DNA of 62,967 nt from an uncultured Candidatus Saccharibacteria bacterium. Its GTDB lineage: Bacteria; Patescibacteriota; Saccharimonadia; Saccharimonadales; EFPC-124. The notes under the pieces were generated by a model, which had not been told where the DNA came from, did not search any database, and saw nothing but the letters and a program-made list of their open reading frames with translations. Location: contig CAYURH010000003.1 of NCBI GenBank assembly GCA_964447105.1, positions 1 through 62,967 of the forward strand, written 5' to 3'. Each line of letters starts with the position of its first letter. The first letter of the stretch is position 1. A program made the position numbers and the translations under genes. Positions 26,483 to 35,761 of the stretch are shown here, in pieces.

Positions 26483-27352
26483 ATGAAAGGCATCATTCTA
26501 GCAGGTGGGTCGGGCACACGATTGTACCCGATAACTCTAGGGGTGAGCAAGCAGCTGATTCCTATTTACGACAAGCCGTTGGTGTACTACCCGCTCTGCA
26601 CGTTGATGCAGGCGGGGATACGTGAGTTTTTGATAATCTCGACACCCAAAGATTTGCCACGCTTCGAAGATCTACTGGGTGATGGCAAAAACTTGGGCTG
26701 TAGTTTCGAATACAGAGTGCAAGAAAAGCCCAACGGCATCCCCGAAGCTTACATTATTGGCGAGGACTTCATAGGCAACGACACTGTGGCGCTAATTTTG
26801 GGCGACAACATCTTCTACGGCGCGGGGTTGGACGAAAAAATGCGCTCGTTCGCCAACATTGACGGCGCTATGGGTATGGCCATCCAGGTGAGTGACCCCA
26901 AACGCTACGGCGTGTACGAATTCGACAAAGACAACAACGTGATTTCTATCGAAGAAAAACCACTCAAACCCAAATCGCGCTACGCCAACAGCGGCCTGTA
27001 CTTTACCGACAGCCGCGTGGTAGAAATCTCTAAAAACTTGAAGCCCAGCGCCCGCGGCGAACTAGAAATCAGCAGCGGCATGCTCGAAGAATACCGCAAA
27101 CTGGGCAAGCTCAAAGTTTGCCTGATGGAGCGCGGTACCGCCTGGCTCGACACCGGCACGTTTGAAAGCATGAACCAAGCGTCACAATTTGTGCAGGTGG
27201 TAGAAGAACGGCAAGGGCTCAAAATCGGCTGCATCGAGGAAGCGGCGTGGCGACAAGGTTTTATAAACGACACGCAGCTTGAAGCATTAGCTCAACCGCT
27301 ACAAAAAAGTGGCTACGGCCAGTATTTGCTTGGCCTGCTTGCACGAACCTAG
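26483..27352 (+). CDS. rfbA: Glucose-1-phosphate thymidylyltransferase
   Basis: MKGIILAGGSGTRLYPITLGVSKQLIPIYDKPLVYYPL...GDNIFYG...TAWLDTGT. Confidence 0.93.
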   Translation: MKGIILAGGSGTRLYPITLGVSKQLIPIYDKPLVYYPLCTLMQAGIREFLIISTPKDLPRFEDLLGDGKNLGCSFEYRVQEKPNGIPEAYIIGEDFIGNDTVALILGDNIFYGAGLDEKMRSFANIDGAMGMAIQVSDPKRYGVYEFDKDNNVISIEEKPLKPKSRYANSGLYFTDSRVVEISKNLKPSARGELEISSGMLEEYRKLGKLKVCLMERGTAWLDTGTFESMNQASQFVQVVEERQGLKIGCIEEAAWRQGFINDTQLEALAQPLQKSGYGQYLLGLLART

Positions 27353-27420
27353 TATTTGTGTTTGCACGAAAAGATGTTATAATCATGTAGTATCAACGGA
27401 CACCTTTTGAATCGAAGGAG

Positions 27421-28164
27421 GTGGATCAGGTGTCGTCGGATACGCGTCTGATTGACGAATTTCTTAGTGGTCTCGCCGACCGTCTGACTGAGCACTACCG
27501 ACACCCTGACTGTGCTGGGCATGACACCCCTCATATCATGCGCATGCTCATGAAGGAGGGCGATATTCGTAAGGTGGTGGACTACTTCGACCACCAGGAA
27601 TGGATAGCCGCGGTCTGGCTGCACAATCTGGACCGAGCGCCAAACCTTCAGTCGATCATCGGCACAAATGGCCTAGAGAAAGCGGTCATGGCATTCCTGA
27701 ACGACAGCCCCTTCACCCAGGACGCTATCGCGCGGGTCGCCGATGCGGTCGCCCAACACAGCAAGCGCGATGATGAACCGAGGGACTCTCCTCTATTGAC
27801 GGCACTGCGCATTGCGGACAAACTCGACAGGCTCGGACCTATCGGGGCACTGACTGCCGCGATGATTCATGGCCCGAAGATGCCCATCTACGAGCCAGAC
27901 GACCCGTTCGGCATGATTTCAACAGAGGAGGGTCGACTGAAGTCGATATATAACGACCTCTTTCGGCTACTCGAGTGGGTCGACATGCTACCGTCCGATG
28001 CGGCACGCAGCCTAATCAACCGAGTCGATCTGCTCGCGCTGATCAACTTCGTACGAGCACTGGCCGCCCAGATTTCCATCATGCATCAGGAGGAAAATCC
28101 CGTAGAGGCCCAAATCCAGAAGGCGCTGGGTCGTCACTATGAGACCTTTGCCTTACCGCACTGA
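27421..28164 (+). CDS. HD-domain metal-dependent phosphohydrolase
   Basis: GHDTPHIMRM, LHNLDR and IADKLDRLGPIG. The likely true start is the GTG at 27430, 7 nt after GGAGG. TATAAT at 27378-27383 is preceded by TGT, an extended -10. GC looks higher than in the neighbours. Confidence 0.65.
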   Translation: MDQVSSDTRLIDEFLSGLADRLTEHYRHPDCAGHDTPHIMRMLMKEGDIRKVVDYFDHQEWIAAVWLHNLDRAPNLQSIIGTNGLEKAVMAFLNDSPFTQDAIARVADAVAQHSKRDDEPRDSPLLTALRIADKLDRLGPIGALTAAMIHGPKMPIYEPDDPFGMISTEEGRLKSIYNDLFRLLEWVDMLPSDAARSLINRVDLLALINFVRALAAQISIMHQEENPVEAQIQKALGRHYETFALPH

Positions 28165-28174
28165 CGCGGACACA

Positions 28175-28201
28175 GCGCCGGACCCACCAGGGGTCCGGCG
28201 C
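28175..28201 (+). terminator. Intrinsic terminator-like hairpin after the HD gene
   Basis: gcgccggaccc-accag-gggtccggcgc, a perfect 11-bp GC-rich stem, followed by tagaacatttt. Confidence 0.6.
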
Positions 28202-28389
28202 TAGAACATTTTGAGGCGCAAGCTAAGGGTATCATGCAGAACTTATGAGACTCTCTTATTATCCCAATCTATATTAAACGAACCTAGACCCACGAGATGA
28301 TCACGAGATTTCATGGCTAAAGAAGGGGTCGAGCATGATGTTTTGATTATTGATGAGCAGTCCCAAGCATTTACTCAAGGCCTACAGCA

Positions 28390-28776
28390 TTAGAGCTTGC
28401 GCTTGCTTTTGTGGACACCTTCTTTACCGGACGATAGCACAATCGACAAACGCTCGTGCAGACCGCTCACTCGACGTTCTAGTGTGTCCAACCGAGAATA
28501 TAGGCGGATACAAAGCGCTAGCGCAAAGTTCAACCCTGTTACCAGCACAACATCCACTAAGCTAATAGGCGGACTGTTCGTCAGATTGTTGCTAGCCAAA
28601 AAGTTGTAAATTGGCTGGGCGAACAATAGTGCCGCCAAAATACCCAGCCAAAAGATTACACGCAGTACTAACCCCACCTGGGATATGACGCGGCGGTTAT
28701 ACAAGTCAACCGATTTTACCAAGCCGAACAGCACAAATGGCAAGTTAAGAATAACTAGTATCGTGTACTTATCCAT
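28390..28776 (-). CDS. DUF2304-like small membrane protein (partner of the adjacent GT2)
   Basis: A 128-aa protein with three to four helices and a C-terminal LERRVSGLHERLSIV helix. The GT2 + DUF2304 arrangement matches what I recall from Actinobacteria. Confidence 0.55.
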   Translation of the reverse strand: MDKYTILVILNLPFVLFGLVKSVDLYNRRVISQVGLVLRVIFWLGILAALLFAQPIYNFLASNNLTNSPPISLVDVVLVTGLNFALALCIRLYSRLDTLERRVSGLHERLSIVLSSGKEGVHKSKRKL

Positions 28777-29491
28777 GTATAAAGTCCATCAGCCGGTGCT
28801 TGATTAACTGCCCAACCAGCGCAATACCGGCACCTACATTGCCCTGGCCCTTCTTTAGTGAATATTCGGTATAAATTGCCTTAATAGGGATCTCACGTAT
28901 ACGCAAACCCTCTTGGTGGGCACGCCAGATCATCTCCGAACAAAACGCATATCGGTCACTATGAAAGCTTATGCGCTCCAGCGCCTTGCGATTCATACCC
29001 TTCAGGCCAGATTGCGAGTCTGACACCCGCACTCCAAACAACACCATGGTAATAAGGCTCAAGCCCAGGTTGCCAATAACCCGGTACCATGGCATTCCTT
29101 TGCGTTGTTGCAAACGACTGCCAATAATCATATCTACATCACGAGCGCCGATAATCGCCCTGACCACCCGCATCACGTCAGCCGGGTCATGCTGGCCATC
29201 GGCGTCCATAGTGATGGCATAGTCGCACCCAATCTGTAGAGCATAGTGCATACCAGTCCGGGTCGCGGCCCCAGCACCGCTGTTGAGCAGGTGATTGATA
29301 AGCGCTACATCTTTGTGCTTAGAGACCCGAGCAATGGTATCGTCGGTCGAGCCATCATTTACCACAATAATGTACAGGGGAAAGGTTTTGCCTCCCAGTT
29401 GAATACTTCGAGATAGTTGTAAGAGCACAGTATCAATAGCTCCCGCTTCGTTGTATGCAGGAATCACAATCCCTATCTTTTCCATATACAT
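28769..29491 (-). CDS. GT2 polyprenyl-phosphate glycosyltransferase (DPM1-like, soluble type)
   Basis: IGIVIPAYNEAGAI...IVVNDGSTDDT...ITMDADGQHDP...SQSGLKGM. Confidence 0.78.
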   Translation of the reverse strand: MYMEKIGIVIPAYNEAGAIDTVLLQLSRSIQLGGKTFPLYIIVVNDGSTDDTIARVSKHKDVALINHLLNSGAGAATRTGMHYALQIGCDYAITMDADGQHDPADVMRVVRAIIGARDVDMIIGSRLQQRKGMPWYRVIGNLGLSLITMVLFGVRVSDSQSGLKGMNRKALERISFHSDRYAFCSEMIWRAHQEGLRIREIPIKAIYTEYSLKKGQGNVGAGIALVGQLIKHRLMDFIHG

Positions 29492-29526
29492 ACTATACCC
29501 TACTTAGTCTGATAGAATTAAAGTCA

Positions 29527-31500
29527 ATGCAGCTACGCACGACCTCCCTAAAGTTCATACGGAGCATCTGGTTCTTCCCCGCGGTTCTGACCTGCGGATT
29601 GCTCGGACTGACAGCATTGGGTATAACCGGCTCGTCGATCGGGGTATACAACACCTATTTTAACGGTCAAGGCGTCAATGATCCGGCGCACATTCGTGGC
29701 AATCCACGCTCATTGCGCTCGGATGAATGGATCGTACAAACACAAATGACTATTGCCCAGAGTAACAACAATTTTGAGCGCGTCAATCCAAATATAGGCG
29801 ACAGTCAAGACATGTCGGTCATTATCGACGCACCTTATAAAGACTGGAGCGAGGCGTTCAAACCCCACAACTGGGCGTTCTTTGTATTGCCATTCGATAA
29901 CGCCTTTGCCTTTAAATGGTGGTTTATGGCCTACTTATTAGCATTGGCAGCCTACTTTTTTGTGTTAGCTCTGTTGCCCGGCAAGCACCTATTGGCGGCG
30001 CTACTGGCACTAGGGCTATTTTGTAGCCCGTTTGTGCAGTGGTGGTATCAGTTTATTACACTTGCGCCAATCTACTATGGGTTATTTGCCGCGACTCTAT
30101 GTGTATATATTCTGCGTGCTAAAAATCCCGCGACCAAAGCCTGGTTGGGAATTGGGCTGGCATATGTTACCGCTTGTTTTGCTATGGTTGCCTACCCACC
30201 ATTCCAGATTCCGGCCGCACTCGCTGTGGCTGCATTTGTGCTGGGCTACACACTGACCACACCACGCAAGGTACGGTGGCCCGGCTTGGCGATCATGGCC
30301 GGAGCGTTGTGTGTGGCTGGCGCCGTAACCGCAGCTTTTCTGGTGACACGCATTGATGTCGTGCACGCCTATACCGACTCAGTCTACCCAGGTCACCGCG
30401 TCGTAACCAGCGGCGGGGCAGATATCGCCCACATTTTCTCTAGCCATTTGGCACCGCTGTTCCAGGGCAATTCACGCGGCAATTCGTACAATATATTCAA
30501 TGGGGTACAAGTTAATCAGAGTGAGTCATCAAACTTCATTCTTATCACGCTATTACTACTTCCGGTCACCTTAACCTTGCTATATAAAGACGCGCGCAAG
30601 CGACGGGCCGATTGGTCGTTAGTGTTCACAACCGCCATGATGGGAGCTCTATTAGTCTGGTTGACAGTGCCTAATATAGAGTTCCTGGGCAGGATCTTGC
30701 TGCTTAATATAGTGCCGCCGATGCGCGTACTGATTGGCCTGGGCATTCTGAATTTTGTGCAGCTAGTCTTGCTCGTACGCCGCCGGCAAGACATAAAATT
30801 GCTGTTTGCGAAACAAAAATGGGTAATTGCGTATGCCTGTGGCGTTTTCACGCTACAGGTAATACTCGGGCTCATAGCATGGCATCGATCGCCAGGTTTT
30901 ATAAACCCGTACGAAGTTGTGGCCTTGGCCGTACCTATATCCGCAACCGTCTATGTATTCTTGCGCGGCCATATGATGTGGGCGACTGTTGGTCTGTTAG
31001 TCTTTTCGGTGGCCAGCGTGATGTTTGTGAACCCATTCTATCGCGGTACCAATTTCGTGACACACACGCCACTCTCCAGCGCCATCCAAACTCTGTCTGC
31101 GACACACAAAGACAGTGTATGGGCGATCGAACCAGACTACCTAGAAAATTTTGCTCTGCTTAATGGTGCCAAATCATTGAGTGGCGTCTACGCCTACCCA
31201 CAACTACAGCTGTGGCGTGACATACAAGGGCAAGTAGACACTTACAACCGCTACGCACACGTACAAGTGCAGATCGACCGAGACCCCAATCAAACAGTCG
31301 CCACACACCTACAGCTCATAACGGGTGATCATTTTGTGGTGGTAACTGAGCCGTGCAGCGACTTCCTACAACGACGCCACGTGGGCTTTATACTCACCAA
31401 ATCGCCAATCGATGACCCATGCGTGCAGTTGGTGCAAGCCGTCTCATACCCGGCCAAAACATTCTATATTTACACAGCCGCCAAAGCCCAAACACCCTAA
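29527..31500 (+). CDS. Large polytopic membrane protein, uncharacterised family, GT-C-like (paralog A)
   Basis: A 657-aa protein from ATG 29527; the track start 29455 is rejected. It has more than 12 helices. The first extracytoplasmic loop carries an acidic RSDEW motif. It shares long motifs with 40845-42860: FKP.N..FFVLP..NAFA.KWWFMA, PFVQWWYQ, VYPG and TYNRYAHV. Confidence 0.6.
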   Translation: MQLRTTSLKFIRSIWFFPAVLTCGLLGLTALGITGSSIGVYNTYFNGQGVNDPAHIRGNPRSLRSDEWIVQTQMTIAQSNNNFERVNPNIGDSQDMSVIIDAPYKDWSEAFKPHNWAFFVLPFDNAFAFKWWFMAYLLALAAYFFVLALLPGKHLLAALLALGLFCSPFVQWWYQFITLAPIYYGLFAATLCVYILRAKNPATKAWLGIGLAYVTACFAMVAYPPFQIPAALAVAAFVLGYTLTTPRKVRWPGLAIMAGALCVAGAVTAAFLVTRIDVVHAYTDSVYPGHRVVTSGGADIAHIFSSHLAPLFQGNSRGNSYNIFNGVQVNQSESSNFILITLLLLPVTLTLLYKDARKRRADWSLVFTTAMMGALLVWLTVPNIEFLGRILLLNIVPPMRVLIGLGILNFVQLVLLVRRRQDIKLLFAKQKWVIAYACGVFTLQVILGLIAWHRSPGFINPYEVVALAVPISATVYVFLRGHMMWATVGLLVFSVASVMFVNPFYRGTNFVTHTPLSSAIQTLSATHKDSVWAIEPDYLENFALLNGAKSLSGVYAYPQLQLWRDIQGQVDTYNRYAHVQVQIDRDPNQTVATHLQLITGDHFVVVTEPCSDFLQRRHVGFILTKSPIDDPCVQLVQAVSYPAKTFYIYTAAKAQTP

Positions 31501-31555
31501 TAAATATGCTAAGATTAGTAATAATGTACGCAGTTTTTAATATGCTCAGAAAATC

Positions 31556-31957
31556 ATGGATAAAGTAAAAACCATTTCGAAAAAGCTATATTATCACACA
31601 TTCGTCCGCTACCTGGCGATCGGCGGCACGACATTTGCAATACAGGCTACGGCGTTGTTTTTGTTCCACGGGCTGCTGCTTATCGCGCTACCTATCGCAG
31701 TTACGCTTGCCTATTGGCTATCAGTTACATTCAACTTTACAGCCAACCGGCTGTGGTCCTTCGAAGCCACACACACGCATGTTTCTAAGCATGCAATCGC
31801 CTATGGCATGCTCCTGGCGGCAAACTACGCATTCACAATAAGTTTCATAACTATTGCGACTCATTTTGGCATGATGTACATGATCGCCCAGGTACTAGCC
31901 GTGGGTATTCAGGTGTCGTGGACCTATCTTATTTACAAAAAAATTATCTTTAAATAG
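31556..31957 (+). CDS. GtrA-family membrane protein (polyprenyl-P-sugar translocation associated)
   Basis: A 133-aa protein with 4 TM helices. FVRYLAIGGTTFAIQATALFLF...FNFTANRLWSF is the typical GtrA pattern. Confidence 0.8.
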   Translation: MDKVKTISKKLYYHTFVRYLAIGGTTFAIQATALFLFHGLLLIALPIAVTLAYWLSVTFNFTANRLWSFEATHTHVSKHAIAYGMLLAANYAFTISFITIATHFGMMYMIAQVLAVGIQVSWTYLIYKKIIFK

Positions 31958-32687
31958 ATTCTTCGTCTTTGGCCGATAGGGCAAACCAGTACCAACGCAA
32001 GTAGCGCGGTAGCATCTTCTTTAGATTGAACTTGGCCTGACCAGCTTCACGGTCGCGCCAGGTGGTGGGCAGTTCGGTGATGTTGTAGCCTTTTTTGTGA
32101 GCTTTGAGCGTAATCTCCATGGCTATTTCGAAACCACCCTCACCTTTTAGTTTTATGTTATCCAGCATGTCCCGACGATAGAGCTTGAAATTGTTGGTGA
32201 CATCGTGAATAGGCACACGGTTCAGATAAAACAGCGACAAGCCGCCCCATCGCGACAGTGTTCGCTTGAGCCACGGACTGCCTATCTGTTGGCCGCCGGG
32301 CATGTAGCGACTGGCACACACCAAGTCTGCACCCTGTGTGGCTAGTTCGTACATTGGATCAATATCGGCTGGGTCGTCGCACAAATCAGCCATCATGACA
32401 ATCACCACGTCGGTTTTGGCGCTCACAAACCCGCTGCGCAGCGCATTCAGAAACCCACGCTTGGTATCGACACAATTTTGTACTAGTCGTACCGTTTTTA
32501 GTTTCGACTTGGCCACGTAATCCCTGACAACTGAGCAAGTCGGATCGTCAGGGACGTCATACACAATCAAAAGCTCATACGGTGTTTTGACAGCGCTAGC
32601 CACTCCCTTGATCATACGAACAATATTGTCCTGCTCGTGATATACAGGCGTAACGATTGATAGTTTTGGGGCAGTTGCTTTGGCCAT
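31950..32687 (-). CDS. GT2 polyprenyl-phosphate glycosyltransferase (DPM1-like)
   Basis: LSIVTPVYHEQDNI...LLIVYDVPDDPT...VVIVMMADLCDDP. No C-terminal TM helices. Confidence 0.72.
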   Translation of the reverse strand: MAKATAPKLSIVTPVYHEQDNIVRMIKGVASAVKTPYELLIVYDVPDDPTCSVVRDYVAKSKLKTVRLVQNCVDTKRGFLNALRSGFVSAKTDVVIVMMADLCDDPADIDPMYELATQGADLVCASRYMPGGQQIGSPWLKRTLSRWGGLSLFYLNRVPIHDVTNNFKLYRRDMLDNIKLKGEGGFEIAMEITLKAHKKGYNITELPTTWRDREAGQAKFNLKKMLPRYLRWYWFALSAKDEESI

Positions 32688-32692
32688 GGCTT

Positions 32693-33712
32693 TTAAATAT
32701 TCCCGTGATCGACTTGCTCTTTAATCCAAGGTATGACTTCGTCGAGCATGTCGTCGAGCGAGGTTGACGCCTCGTAGTCTAATACGTCTTTGGCTTTGGT
32801 TGTGTCTGGTACGCGCTTTTGCACATCGTGCTCATATGGTTTGTCAGAAACATATTTGAACGGTTTGTCACCATTGAGCTTTTTCCAGATCTTTTCGGCC
32901 AGTTCAAGAACCGTGGTTGACTGTGGGGTTGAAATATTAAAGTCGTTGTTTAGCGCCTTCTCATGTTCAATGCACACCCGAATGCCCTTTGCCAAATCAC
33001 CACCGTAAGTGTAGTGTCTCACTTGATTACCTTCGCCCAGAATGTGCAACGGGTCTTGGCCTTTCACAATTTTCTGTACCAAATCTGGCACTACATGACT
33101 CATAGCAAGTTTTACATTGCCCGAATATATTTCTTTGTCGCTCAGCGCACGCTTTTCGCCGATACCCACACAGTTGAATGGGCGAACAATAGTGTAGGGT
33201 AGCTGAAATTGTTCCCATCCACCCCGGGCAAAGTATTCGCAAGCGAGCTTTTGGAACCCGTAGGTCGATATTGGTGGTGGCGATGTTTTAACCGCTTCTT
33301 CCGGAGTTGGAAACTGGGTGGTCGACTCAAACACCATCGAGCTAGACATCACCACGATCTTCTTTAAATGCTTGTTCTTGTGCGCCCAGATTGCCGCATC
33401 AAAGGCCGCGGCGGTAATGCGCTCATTCTCGGCCAATAGGTCATAGGCGAATTCGTGGAAGTAACTAATACCACCGATCATCGCCGCGCCAGACACAATT
33501 ATATCGGCATCCTCGGCCGCTTCTTTCATGAGCTTTACGTCTTTGGCATCACCTTCGATGAACGTGTATTTGGAATGGTTGTCGTAGCTTTTTTCGACTT
33601 TGCCGTATTTGGAATAGTTGTCTATACCAATAACTTCATGTCCAGCCTGCAACAATTCGTCGACAGTATAGCCAGCAATGAACCCAGCCGCTCCGGTAAA
33701 TAAAATTTTCAT
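32693..33712 (-). CDS. NAD-dependent nucleotide-sugar epimerase/dehydratase (extended SDR)
   Basis: From ATG 33712, which forms a TAATG overlap with the upstream stop: MKILFTGAAGFIAGY...YGFQKLACEY (Y-x3-K). Confidence 0.8.
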   Translation of the reverse strand: MKILFTGAAGFIAGYTVDELLQAGHEVIGIDNYSKYGKVEKSYDNHSKYTFIEGDAKDVKLMKEAAEDADIIVSGAAMIGGISYFHEFAYDLLAENERITAAAFDAAIWAHKNKHLKKIVVMSSSMVFESTTQFPTPEEAVKTSPPPISTYGFQKLACEYFARGGWEQFQLPYTIVRPFNCVGIGEKRALSDKEIYSGNVKLAMSHVVPDLVQKIVKGQDPLHILGEGNQVRHYTYGGDLAKGIRVCIEHEKALNNDFNISTPQSTTVLELAEKIWKKLNGDKPFKYVSDKPYEHDVQKRVPDTTKAKDVLDYEASTSLDDMLDEVIPWIKEQVDHGNI

Positions 33713-34899
33713 TAAATCAGACCTCCTTTTCCGTAATAATTCCATATGTCAACAACTTCTTTGCCGCTCCAATCCTCGGTAGCGTAATCCTTATGCGGTG
33801 CGGCCAGTACAATTATATCGGCTTCCTTGCGAATCTTCTCTAGACTGACAAAGCGCGCGTCCTTAATGTACGGATCGTGGCAGAACACTTCTTCAGCTTC
33901 TATCTCGAGTCGCTTCCTTAGTTTGTACGACAGGCTCTCACGCGAATCGTCGTTGTTGGCCTTAAACGCCATGCCCAGCAGACCAATCTTCATGTGCGAC
34001 AAGTCGTATTTCTTTTTCATGGCCTCGACAACGAAACTAGGTAAGCCTTCGTTGATCAACATCGCTGAATGTCCTAAAAAGAAGTTGCTGTCAGCAAAGG
34101 CCGATAACTGCATAGTGTCCTTAAACAGGCATGGACCAGCTGCTAAGCCAGCCGTGGCAAAGGCCTTAAGGCGGGGATAGTCTTCGGTCATGGCCTTGTG
34201 GATGTTATAAAAATCCAGCCCATGATCATTCGCGATCATATAGAACTGGTTGGATATAGCAAAGTTAATATAGCGCCAGGTATTGGTAAATAGCTTAGCT
34301 AGTTCAGCCTCCATGGGCTGAACCACGATTATTTTTTTGGTCAACACGCGAAATAGATCGCCGGCACGTTCGCTCGCCTCCGGTGTACAGCCCGCTACGA
34401 TCTGGGGCAACTCGTAAAGCTCAGTCAGAGCATGACCTTCCACAATACGTTCAGGGCAAAAGGCAATTAACAGCTTCTTGCCACGGCGGCTCAAATAATC
34501 CTGTACTTTGCTAGTAACACCCGGAAACAACGTGCTGCGCATAATCAACAGTTGATCATCGTGCAAGTATTCTTCAACTTCTTTTATAGCCTTGATGATG
34601 TCATGGACACGCGGGTTAAGATGTTCGTCGACCGGTGTACCAATCACCATAACCACAGCTTTGGATTTCTTTATAACCGAGGGCAGGTTAGTAGCTGTCA
34701 GCGTTTTGTTTTTTACAACCCTTTTCAGCACCGGCGCGCCATTGTTTTCCATAAACGGCAGCTGCCCGCTGTTGATAGTATCTATACTTTTTTGATTTAT
34801 ATCATATAAGGCAACTTTTTTACCTTGATCTGCAAGAGCCATACCAAAAGGTAGGCCGACATGTCCGCAACCGCCAATAATACAAACGTCGTATTCCAC
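33712..34899 (-). CDS. Nucleotide-sugar 6-dehydrogenase (UDP-glucose/GDP-mannose dehydrogenase family)
   Basis: The preferred start is GTG 34899, about 10 nt after AGAGGG. VCIIGGCGHVGLPFGMALA...FCPERIVEG...GPCLFKD...GLLGMAFKANNDDSRES. Confidence 0.85.
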   Translation of the reverse strand: MEYDVCIIGGCGHVGLPFGMALADQGKKVALYDINQKSIDTINSGQLPFMENNGAPVLKRVVKNKTLTATNLPSVIKKSKAVVMVIGTPVDEHLNPRVHDIIKAIKEVEEYLHDDQLLIMRSTLFPGVTSKVQDYLSRRGKKLLIAFCPERIVEGHALTELYELPQIVAGCTPEASERAGDLFRVLTKKIIVVQPMEAELAKLFTNTWRYINFAISNQFYMIANDHGLDFYNIHKAMTEDYPRLKAFATAGLAAGPCLFKDTMQLSAFADSNFFLGHSAMLINEGLPSFVVEAMKKKYDLSHMKIGLLGMAFKANNDDSRESLSYKLRKRLEIEAEEVFCHDPYIKDARFVSLEKIRKEADIIVLAAPHKDYATEDWSGKEVVDIWNYYGKGGLI

Positions 34900-35071
34900 G
34901 AAAAAATACCCTCTTTTATAGTCCGTGCTTGCATTATAGCAAAAATGAATCACACTTCTACACACCACATAAATCCAAGCAATCCGTTAACTTACGTCAT
35001 GTGAAGGTGGTGGTGCGAAACGTGTGTGTAGTAGACTATGTTTATACTGTGGTTAACCTAGAGGAGGGTCA

Positions 35072-35761
35072 GTGAAAGACTACGTATTATCCATATATGC
35101 CGACCGGTTTGACAAGAGCGTGCAAAAAAGAAATGTCATGTGGCGGGTTTTGTGTCACGATTATTTTCAGCGATTTATCAAATCAACGGATACTGTACTT
35201 GACCTAGCTGCCGGATATTGCGAATTTATAAACAATATCGCCTGCGGTAAAAAGATAGCCGTCGATTTAAACGAAAAAACCAAGACCATGGCCAACAGCG
35301 ATGTTGAAGTGTATCAAGCGCTCAGCACAGCCATGCCCAAAAAACTAACCGGCAAAGTTGATGTTGTGTTCACCAGCAATTTCTTTGAACACCTAGACAG
35401 CAAGACCGAGCTGATAGACACTCTAAAAGAAGTGCACCGTGTGCTCAAACCAAACGGCAAGCTTATGATCTTGCAGCCAAATATCCGCTTGGTTGGCAAC
35501 CGATACTGGGACTATGTGGACCACACCTTGCCACTCACCGAAAAGAGCCTGCTCGAAGCCTTGCTACTTACCGATTTTGAGGTGTCATACATGAAAGTGC
35601 GTTTTTTGCCCTACACCGCCAATTCGCGCGTGCCCGCCCACCCCTCGCTTATTCGACTCTACCTAAAGTCGCCTATTGCCCAATTCTTTATGGGCAAACA
35701 AACATTCGTGATCGCTCGCATAAAGAAGCGCGGTGGCAAGCTAGAGACTATTTTGGTGTAA
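35072..35761 (+). CDS. Class I SAM-dependent methyltransferase
   Basis: GTG start after GAGGAGGG. VLDLAAGYCEF (motif I) and VLKPNGKLMILQPN. Confidence 0.72.
   Translation: MKDYVLSIYADRFDKSVQKRNVMWRVLCHDYFQRFIKSTDTVLDLAAGYCEFINNIACGKKIAVDLNEKTKTMANSDVEVYQALSTAMPKKLTGKVDVVFTSNFFEHLDSKTELIDTLKEVHRVLKPNGKLMILQPNIRLVGNRYWDYVDHTLPLTEKSLLEALLLTDFEVSYMKVRFLPYTANSRVPAHPSLIRLYLKSPIAQFFMGKQTFVIARIKKRGGKLETILV

Noticed and set aside
28313-28387. 24-codon ORF MAKEGVEHDVLIIDEQSQAFTQGLQH, resembling a Walker-B segment
   Set aside because: It is too short to be a functional ATPase, and the frame does not continue on either side. It is kept only as possible gene debris, in the HD-island finding.
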